Shown here: one piece after another, positions 56,942 through 64,000 of the stretch
Position numbering within the stretch: position 1 is the stretch's first letter
Layout: each line of letters opens with the position of its first letter
Origin: a virus
Lineage: Duplodnaviria; Caudoviricetes
Reading direction: 5' to 3' (one strand)
IMG/VR virus record: IMGVR_UViG_3300033069_001185
Span: 32,001-96,000 of that record
Length of the DNA stretch: 64,000 bases
Program-made: the position numbers and the translations under genes
Notes under the pieces: generated by a model
The model's input: only the letters and a program-made list of their open reading frames with translations
Database searches by the model: none
What the model was told of the DNA's origin: nothing

Positions 56942-57934
56942 TTACCAGTCCTTTTTAATGTAAAGAAAAATCTTATTGTTACTGAACCTTTCACAGGCTT
57001 TGAAAAGTTTGTGTACTTCCTCAAAAGTCATAGCCCCAAGGTCGCCCTCTTTAACTCTCATATCAAAGATTTCTAGATCTCTGAATTGCTCAACCAGCTT
57101 GGCCACTTCTCTGGTTGCATCTGCGTCCAAAGCAATATAGACCTTGCGTACTCCTGAGTTTTTGATAATATCAATCTGAGTCCTAGAAACGGCCTTACCC
57201 ATTGTCGCTACGTTGCCGCCGCACAAGTCGGCCTTTATACCATCAATAGGACCTTCTGTGAGCACACAGTGATCGCTTCCGCTTAGGTTGTTCCTGAACA
57301 TAAGCGCTTGGTCTTTTTTGAACCCCAAACTGGTCAGTGCCTTGGGAATGGTTACCAGTTTTTGTGTTTCTTCGTCAACGTAAGACTCCCCACCGATGTA
57401 ACGGCCCTGCCAACCTAACAGTCTTTTTTGATCGTAGACCGGGAAGATAACTCTTCGGGTACTGGGAGAGTATCTGAGATCGTACTTCTGGGCTATATCA
57501 AAAGGAACCCCACGGCCAAGTAAGTAGTCAACTGCCGGTTTGCTATACTCACTATTCAATGATATAATGTCAGCAGTGAAGCTGACCTCGGGAAGAATGA
57601 CCTCGGTAGAGAGTACGATTTCGTCGTCTAGAAAGTCCTTGTCTGTCAGATGAAGATCAATGAAAACTCCCGAAACCTCAGAAACCTGTTCCCCATATAA
57701 CCGAGAGCGTATTTCAGAAAATGAAAGATTGGTAAGTTCTGCCAGTGCGTATTCTGGCCTGCCTTGAAAGTTATCAATCTCTTTGCAATAGAAACAGACA
57801 AAGCGGCCATCGCCGCGTCTAATGTACAGCTTGTCCCTTTTCCTGCACTTCGGGCAGGTCATAATAAAAGAGCGGGTGCCAGTTTTGAATTTGACACCCG
57901 CTTCTTCCATTATTGCTACTACTTCTTTTTCCAT
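56942..57934 (-). CDS. DNA primase (Zn finger plus TOPRIM)
   Basis: CPKC...CFYC, RVIFP, WQGR, TEGPID, ALDAD. Confidence 0.88.
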   Translation of the reverse strand: MEKEVVAIMEEAGVKFKTGTRSFIMTCPKCRKRDKLYIRRGDGRFVCFYCKEIDNFQGRPEYALAELTNLSFSEIRSRLYGEQVSEVSGVFIDLHLTDKDFLDDEIVLSTEVILPEVSFTADIISLNSEYSKPAVDYLLGRGVPFDIAQKYDLRYSPSTRRVIFPVYDQKRLLGWQGRYIGGESYVDEETQKLVTIPKALTSLGFKKDQALMFRNNLSGSDHCVLTEGPIDGIKADLCGGNVATMGKAVSRTQIDIIKNSGVRKVYIALDADATREVAKLVEQFRDLEIFDMRVKEGDLGAMTFEEVHKLFKACERFSNNKIFLYIKKDW

Positions 57935-57935
57935 T

Positions 57936-59066
57936 TTACGCCGATTGTTCTTCTACCAAGGTTTCGTTCACTTCAACCGAATCAGGACGCTTCCGGTGGT
58001 TGGTTAGCTCTCGCTTACGAACATCTGCAAGCACTCTTTGGCAAAGATCTGGATCTTGCTTTAGAGCAGCCAGCAAAGCCTTCTGGCCAGTCCACTTGTT
58101 TCCCTCAAACGTATAGCTCATTGAGGTAGGCTTTTCAATCGATTTCCGACCCACACCCAGAATAAGAGCTTCTTCGTGAGTATTGATAATACCGAAGTCG
58201 TAGTCCAGAGTGAACTCCCCAACACGGTTCTTCGGCCCTAGAGAAGAATTGACCATCTTGACTCTGACTTTATGCCCAGTACGTTCTGAGTTGTCCATGA
58301 AGTCCGTCATTTCTTCGTTTTCTAGCTTGTTCCCCTCAAGATTGGTTCGACCTTCTTTTGAGAGGTTGGGTTCAACCATCATGAAGTATTCGCAGAAGTG
58401 CTGAACACCGAAAGCAACCGCTGCTTTGGTTTTTTCGCCTCGCATCTGAGCCGCCATGTCCATCTGGGCACGCAACTGAGCCGTAATAATAAGGCTGATC
58501 TTGTATTTTCGAATGACAGGAAGAATGCGTTTCAGGCCTTTTTGGTAAGTCATTGCTTCGTCACCGATTTGTTGGACTAGCACAGAGTCAGCGTTTAGGT
58601 TTCGAATGCCCTGAATACCAGACAGTGAGTCAATGATAATGAGCTTGATCGGAGCCCCTTCTTCGCATAGGGCAGCTACATCCTTTTCAATGTAGTCAAA
58701 CACCTTATCTGGCTCGTTGGTCTGTTCGATTTTGTACCGGTCTATATCAATACCGAAGTTCTGTGCTGCCTCGTCCAAGTCGTTCATCTGGAAATGGTCT
58801 CGGAACTCAGTATCGAACTTGATAGCAATAGCCTCGGGATCTGCTTGGTGTAACTTACCTACGAAACTGTTACAAATTACGGTCTTGCCTGCCTTGGGAG
58901 GGCCATACAGTAGTAGAGTAGCTCCTCTTGGCAAACCCCAACCCTTACCGAATGTAAAGTTGAGCGACGGGCTATGGGTTTCAAGGACTTCGGCATGTAC
59001 ATTGTATCGATCTTTGATAGCGTTTTCAGATTTAAGGAGTTTGTCCATCCATTTGTTTTTACTCAT
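57936..59066 (-). CDS. recA: RecA/UvsX recombinase
   Basis: GPPKAGKT, FDTE, IIDSL. Confidence 0.88.
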   Translation of the reverse strand: MSKNKWMDKLLKSENAIKDRYNVHAEVLETHSPSLNFTFGKGWGLPRGATLLLYGPPKAGKTVICNSFVGKLHQADPEAIAIKFDTEFRDHFQMNDLDEAAQNFGIDIDRYKIEQTNEPDKVFDYIEKDVAALCEEGAPIKLIIIDSLSGIQGIRNLNADSVLVQQIGDEAMTYQKGLKRILPVIRKYKISLIITAQLRAQMDMAAQMRGEKTKAAVAFGVQHFCEYFMMVEPNLSKEGRTNLEGNKLENEEMTDFMDNSERTGHKVRVKMVNSSLGPKNRVGEFTLDYDFGIINTHEEALILGVGRKSIEKPTSMSYTFEGNKWTGQKALLAALKQDPDLCQRVLADVRKRELTNHRKRPDSVEVNETLVEEQSA

Positions 59067-59081
59067 ATTTTGTGAATCCTC

Positions 59082-59618
59082 TTAGTATCTGGTTTTGCCA
59101 AAATAGCCTTGAGTGGGTGACGAATCTGGACCGGGAAGGCTCATTTTCGCATGGAAACTATCCCCAAGGATTTTCTTGACAGCGGTATATGACATTTCGA
59201 TTGACTTCTTCTTGCCTTCTAGTAGGGTTTTGAATGAATGTAGTATCGTTTCGGTTTCTTGTGCAGATTGATAGTCGGGATCCAGATCAATAATTGCCTG
59301 TCTGGTGGTCTCGTTGGTCTGTAAGCCTCTCTCTTTCAGGATTGAGGGTACTTTATCCAGTACGATAACCGCCTTGATTTCTCTGGATTTACGACAGGCT
59401 GTCTCGTATTCGTACTCAACAGCCGACACCATCGAAACAAGCTCCGCATATGCTTGGTTGAAAACCGCCATCAACTCCGGAGCTTTACCCGGAGTGATGG
59501 ACGCGATTTCTTCCGTTCTGTTTTCTGCAAAACGGATAGCCTTCATATCAAAAACCAGAGGTTCTGAATTAGGTAAACCTCTGGGGATTGACAGTTCGTC
59601 TTTACTTTGCATTGGCAA
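59082..59618 (-). CDS. helical protein, possibly UvsY-like recombination mediator
   Basis: Between SSB and RecA; IIDLDPDY helical pattern. Confidence 0.45.
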   Translation of the reverse strand: MPMQSKDELSIPRGLPNSEPLVFDMKAIRFAENRTEEIASITPGKAPELMAVFNQAYAELVSMVSAVEYEYETACRKSREIKAVIVLDKVPSILKERGLQTNETTRQAIIDLDPDYQSAQETETILHSFKTLLEGKKKSIEMSYTAVKKILGDSFHAKMSLPGPDSSPTQGYFGKTRY

Positions 59619-60594
59619 AGCTCTTTAGAAAGTCATCGGCACTGGCCGGGAGACTCGGAGAGGGTTGTACTGGTGCTGACTGGACCACCTGTTGAGTAAC
59701 CTTGGGCTCCATCTGAGGAATCGCCATGGTGGGAGTGGTAGTGGCAGGAGTAGGTGAAGCCTCCCTCTTTCCTTGGGCAAATACCGCAGCGGCTACGTTC
59801 AGATCACCAGCGGAATCGACGAGGCTACGAATCTGGGCATAGGTGAGCTTCGTCGTACACTGAGTCAGGTCTACCAATGCGTCGATCTTCGCAGCGTCCT
59901 CTTCTACTAGAGGGGCTGACTTGATTACCTTAGCGCTCTTGCCGTCCGGTAAGGTTATAACCTCCAACATTACTTCAACGTCGGTATCGGCCTGACTACC
60001 CTTTAGACCGTTCTTGGTGAACTTGAAGAAAACGCCAGTTTCAGCGTCTAGGGCATGGATACCTTCCTCCTTGACCAAGCGCTTCATCTTTTCTTCTAGC
60101 TTCAGCTTGACTTTGTGACCAAGAAGAAGAACGTTCCACTCGCCCGACATGTTCTTGGCATAGCAATACCACTTATTGTCAAGGTTGTGTTCTTGGAGCC
60201 ACTTCTGGAATGGCAATAGTGCATTTTTGATAGCATCAGCACTCCGGCCTTCTCCTTGCATCTTGACCCGCAAGGATTCCATCATGTTCTTCTGCTCTTC
60301 GATCTTCCGACACTCCGGACACTCTTGCTCAACCAGCTTGGTCTTGTAGTTGACCTTCTCGATGCACTCGAACGGTTTGGCACGAACCTTGTCTGGACTT
60401 CCATCCACTGCTACGCCGTAGCCGAAATGGATCTTGTGGAATGTTGCAAACAGGCCCTTTTCCAACAATGACCGTACTGGAGGTGCAATACGGTAAATGT
60501 TATCCTGTCCTTCCTTGATTTTGTAAAATGGCTTATACGTACTATTACTGCCGTTCTTGTTGCCGTCTAGGTTTACTTTTCCGAAATAACTCAT
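59602..60594 (-). CDS. single-stranded DNA-binding protein (gp32-like)
   Basis: NIYRIAPP...H...C...CPEC; low-complexity tail ending ADDFL. Confidence 0.7.
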   Translation of the reverse strand: MSYFGKVNLDGNKNGSNSTYKPFYKIKEGQDNIYRIAPPVRSLLEKGLFATFHKIHFGYGVAVDGSPDKVRAKPFECIEKVNYKTKLVEQECPECRKIEEQKNMMESLRVKMQGEGRSADAIKNALLPFQKWLQEHNLDNKWYCYAKNMSGEWNVLLLGHKVKLKLEEKMKRLVKEEGIHALDAETGVFFKFTKNGLKGSQADTDVEVMLEVITLPDGKSAKVIKSAPLVEEDAAKIDALVDLTQCTTKLTYAQIRSLVDSAGDLNVAAAVFAQGKREASPTPATTTPTMAIPQMEPKVTQQVVQSAPVQPSPSLPASADDFLKSFANAK

Positions 60595-60599
60595 AATAT

Positions 60600-61328
60600 T
60601 TAGCTTCCTTTTAAGTATTTTTTGATATCGTTGAACATCTTTAGTGCTTCGCTATTGTATGATTCAGGTTCTTTTGCTACAGTGTGTTTAATGTACTTTG
60701 ACCGAAACAGCGTTTTACCAAGCCAGTCCTGTTCGGTCTCAGGAACGTTCTTGACAAGAACAACGGTTACTTTGTCCTTGATTTTTTCAGCCAAAGCCGT
60801 TTTATGTACGGCTCCTTTCAGATACGACTGTTGTAGTTTCTTGCCATTGGCAAGCTCTACGATGCCTTTTACCACGGCATGGAGTTGGCTATCCGAATTA
60901 ATTTCAACGTTATCCATGGCGGATAGGCTGATTTCAAACTCTTCGCCAGTCGCACGGCCATAGTCAGATAATTCTTTAACGATAGCGTTGTATTGCGCTG
61001 AAGCGAATAGATTGGCTATGCTCATTGTTTGTCGAGTTCGATCGGCTAGCAATCTGTAGCATTCTTCTCCATCTACAACCATTGCTCCTAGCTCTTTTGC
61101 GGCCTCGGAAAGGTTCTTCTGCTGATCGGCTGTACCAGACACAAACGCGAGAACGACTGTTTGATCGAAAGCTTTTAGGTATTTCGCCTCAAGCTCTGGC
61201 TGTGCTCGGATTGCGTCTTGTTGGCGCATGAGCCTTCCGGGTCTCGTTGTCAAATCTCCTAGAATTTCTGCTTCGATGGCCTTTTTGTTTTCTGAAAGTT
61301 CTTGTACAATACTTTTCAAGTCGCTCAT
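60600..61328 (-). CDS. hypothetical protein
   Basis: 242-aa ORF in replication cluster with ATGA overlap. Confidence 0.65.
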   Translation of the reverse strand: MSDLKSIVQELSENKKAIEAEILGDLTTRPGRLMRQQDAIRAQPELEAKYLKAFDQTVVLAFVSGTADQQKNLSEAAKELGAMVVDGEECYRLLADRTRQTMSIANLFASAQYNAIVKELSDYGRATGEEFEISLSAMDNVEINSDSQLHAVVKGIVELANGKKLQQSYLKGAVHKTALAEKIKDKVTVVLVKNVPETEQDWLGKTLFRSKYIKHTVAKEPESYNSEALKMFNDIKKYLKGS

Positions 61329-62584
61329 TCTGATGATTCCTCTTTTGATTCTTCTGGAATTACTCCGTTAAATGCTGGCTGTAAGATTTTTGCAGACAGC
61401 AACTTTATAGGTTTATCAGGTTTTTGCAAAACTTTCAACAAAACAATTGAACCTTCTGCTGATTTAATGTTACAATCCCAATCGACTAGCTGTATACGAA
61501 CCCCATCAACATCGTAGATTCTATCAATAGAAGTCTTCACTTCCCCGTCTTTTTTGAAAGTAAAGACTCTTTCTTCTACTACGAAAGCAAGAAAACAAGC
61601 TTCGTAGCCCTGAATGGGCATCAAGTGACCTTTAGTCTGTAGCATTTCCAGACCGTCACCACCCAATATTACCACAGGATTCGCTCTACCATACTTCTGT
61701 TCTTGGTACTCATAGACCACAGACATTGTTCCGGCGTAGTTCTTTAGCCTAGAGGTTATCTGGCTAGGGAACTTCTTTGCACAAATAGGCCTAATGTCCT
61801 TAACATAGGTTCCATTGATCTTCTTTTGTAACTGGAACTGGTCCAGTTCGTCGATCTTAAGGTATTCATCAGCTATCGACTTCTTAGTCTTCTTGGTTCC
61901 TAGAATTACCTGAGCAGACGTTTCGTATAGCTTAAGCTTGTCGTAGAGGGACAGATCTTCTGGGTTATTGAAAAGGCCGTCCATAGCGCCAGAGATAATA
62001 AGCGTAGTTGCTACTTTGCTATTGACAGCAGACAGTGCCTTTTTCTTTGATACAGTTTTTACAAGTTGCCCATTCTTTTCGGCAGTCTTGGTAACCATCG
62101 TTGCGTTTTTGTTTCTGTGCTCTTCAATCTTGTTGAGAAAGTCCGTAACGGAACTGTACGGAGCGCCTTGCTGGATCTGGTTGTGGGCCTTTTCTCCGAT
62201 CCCGTGTAGCATTGATATAGGTGCTCGAATCTTGCCGTCCACAATATCAAAATTACTACCGCTATAACGGATATCCGGAGGTTGAACCAAATGATGGCAG
62301 TATTGCCAGAACTTTGTATCAATCTCGTTCTTATCTGCATTGCGAAGAATGGCGGTCCACCATTCAAGAGGATAATGGTGTTTTAGCCAAGCACAAGCAT
62401 ATGTAATATGGGAGTACCCAACGGCATGGCTTTTGCAGTTGTGCGCCACGCTGCCATTTTCCAGTATAAAGTTGTGGTTTTTAGGAACTGTAATGTCGTA
62501 AACTTCTCTTTTTCCTAGAGACTTTATTGACTTTATCTTGAGCGTCTTGAATGGACGCTTCTGGCCTTCTTCCGTAGAGGTCAT
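61325..62584 (-). CDS. dnaE: split intein C-half (49 aa) fused to DNA polymerase III alpha C-extein
   Basis: VYDITV..NHNFIL.NG.VAHN then CKSHAVGYS..TY..AWLK.HYP; HhH GIGEK; GGAG upstream of ATG at 62584. Confidence 0.92.
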   Translation of the reverse strand: MTSTEEGQKRPFKTLKIKSIKSLGKREVYDITVPKNHNFILENGSVAHNCKSHAVGYSHITYACAWLKHHYPLEWWTAILRNADKNEIDTKFWQYCHHLVQPPDIRYSGSNFDIVDGKIRAPISMLHGIGEKAHNQIQQGAPYSSVTDFLNKIEEHRNKNATMVTKTAEKNGQLVKTVSKKKALSAVNSKVATTLIISGAMDGLFNNPEDLSLYDKLKLYETSAQVILGTKKTKKSIADEYLKIDELDQFQLQKKINGTYVKDIRPICAKKFPSQITSRLKNYAGTMSVVYEYQEQKYGRANPVVILGGDGLEMLQTKGHLMPIQGYEACFLAFVVEERVFTFKKDGEVKTSIDRIYDVDGVRIQLVDWDCNIKSAEGSIVLLKVLQKPDKPIKLLSAKILQPAFNGVIPEESKEESSE

Positions 62585-63539
62585 ATAGTTGCTTCTCCCA
62601 TAACTGATGTTCTCCTTCCCAAAACACCGCGTAGGCATACCCCTCTCCGATCGCGATATCTTTCTTTGCTTTATCGTTTTTGATGTTTCTCTTTACCAAC
62701 TCTACCATAGAACCAGTTTTGCTGGTAAGCTTATGCCAGAAATCGCCATGCATCTCTATCAGGCAGTTAAGCTTTGGACTAAAGATATCGAATGATTTGT
62801 TTCTTAGCTTAAATTCAATAGTGGCGTCGGGATCTAGTGTTTGTATCAATTCAAACAATACTCTGTGAGGAAACGTCACTCTCCATCTAGAAATCAGATT
62901 CGAGGCAGAGAACGCCGCTGCTCTTTTGCATTTATCGGAAGCCTTCTGTCCTATAGATATTCTACGGCCTCTCTTTTCTTTTAAAAGCCGGTCCAAAACG
63001 GTCATGTCGTAGTCTGCCGATCTCAAAAAAAGAGTCCTAAAATTGACTATATCATCTTCGTCTGAAAACAAGAACATAAAATTAGGAAACTGCCGATCTA
63101 CTAGAGGCTTGAGGTCTTTAAAGCAAAGATCGTTGTACAAAAAATCTTCAGACATTAACGACAGAAACTCTGTAACTTGCTGTTTTGTATAAGGAAAGCT
63201 CTTGCTTAGCACAGAAGGATTGAGTGCCCCTCTTCTAGAGATGCCAAGCTTATCCGAGCCTTCCGGTGTCATTACTCCGATATTTCGTGGAGAGACAAAC
63301 GACCAGTCTTCTATCGTTGTTTGTCTCCGCATAACAGAAATCCACCAGTCGGTGTCTCTTTTTGCGGAGACCCCCTCCGATCTTTTCCACGCCCATTCAT
63401 GGTCGGTTTTTGTAGCAAACAACTCTTTCAGCTCTGCTTTTCTCTCTGGGCCGAGAGTGCATTTAGGGCTTTGGGTGTGTATTTTTGCTGTGTTGCTGCT
63501 TATTTCTTTCCCGCAGTCGCAAGTGATTCTTCTTGGCAT
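62481..63539 (-). mobile_element. free-standing Vsr/DUF559-like homing endonuclease between intein halves
   Basis: FDIF...LIEMHGDFWH...NDKAK...GY..AVFWE; N-terminal CxC..H..C; GGAGG RBS. Confidence 0.82.
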
Positions 63540-64000
63540 TGAATAAAGACCTCCGTGTCTTTATTCAAGATTAGGTCTTTTAGTGTAACCCACTCGCCTT
63601 GATATAAGAATTTATGATCTTCGGTAGCCTTGATCGTAGATCCGTCTTCCAGTTCAATCTCAAACACTTCTTTGATTCCGCTAGAAAACTTGGCAGAAGG
63701 AATGATATATTCTGTCTGGTTTGTCTCCATATCCAGACTCAAGACTGATATTTCTCCTTTCGACTTGACCAAATCCTCCATTCTCATAGGACCGACGTTT
63801 GTCACTATCTTTTGGTCTCCGTCGATACAAAAACCGTAATTTGCAAACGTCACCATCATCTCCCACAAACGCTCTGCTGTCTGCTGGCCCAGCTTTGGAA
63901 TGGCTCCGTTCATAAAGACAGAACGATCTGCCAGAACTTTGGCCAACTGTTTCTTCGAAGTATGAACCCGAAAGTTATCCGCCTCGGCCCCTGTGGTGTT
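63500..64000 (-). CDS. dnaE: DNA polymerase III alpha N-extein (partial) plus split intein N-half (109 aa, 63829-63503)
   Basis: Open to window end (AEADNFR...LWEMMVTFANYGF), then CIDGD...IKATEDHKFL (intein blocks A and B), then stop. Confidence 0.92.
   Translation of the reverse strand, partial: NTTGAEADNFRVHTSKKQLAKVLADRSVFMNGAIPKLGQQTAERLWEMMVTFANYGFCIDGDQKIVTNVGPMRMEDLVKSKGEISVLSLDMETNQTEYIIPSAKFSSGIKEVFEIELEDGSTIKATEDHKFLYQGEWVTLKDLILNKDTEVFIQCQEESLATAGKK

Noticed and set aside
62481-63539. Group I intron interrupting dnaE
   Set aside because: The flanks are intein blocks with overlapping ORFs and their own RBSs, leaving no non-coding room for a ribozyme core.
661-63866. Numerous 60-170 aa antisense and overlapping ORFs in the track
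   Set aside because: Shadow frames of well-supported genes, with no recognisable motifs.
1-64000. tRNA, rRNA or clear intrinsic terminators
   Set aside because: None recognised by eye; intergenic gaps are very short. tRNAscan and Infernal were not run.

Overview
A 64-kb segment of a large lytic myovirus-type (jumbo-like) phage genome, roughly 44% GC by eye. The + strand block (1.9-38.5 kb) is a contractile-tail and baseplate operon. It runs from the tail chaperones, tape measure, hub and spike to a LysM/gp25-like fusion and a 1840-aa baseplate J protein, then tailspike, Kelch/LamG and fibre proteins and an M15 endolysin. The - strand (0-1.9 and 38.5-64 kb) carries accessory and metabolic genes (RNase H, phosphoesterase, Def, thioredoxin, RNA ligase, RlaP-like nucleotidyltransferase, deaminase, Dda/RecD helicase, PurA, IMPDH/GMPR, AAA+/VWA pair, two adenine MTases, ClpP) and the replication core (DnaB, primase, RecA/UvsX, SSB, DnaE). 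Highlights: (1) a dispersed family of at least 9 small genes and remnants sharing a C-terminal N-[LIMV]-D-[DN] helix motif on unrelated N-terminal bodies; (2) dnaE fractured by a split intein at YGF|CKSH with an out-of-frame Vsr-like endonuclease between the halves; (3) nested LamG-in-LamG-in-Kelch domains and a shared ~100-aa adaptor domain with different payloads; (4) a MTase cassette bounded by direct repeats of a ribosome-binding site; (5) a recurring TAATCT late-promoter candidate and leaderless sigma70 promoters. All calls come from motif reading; no database searches were run.
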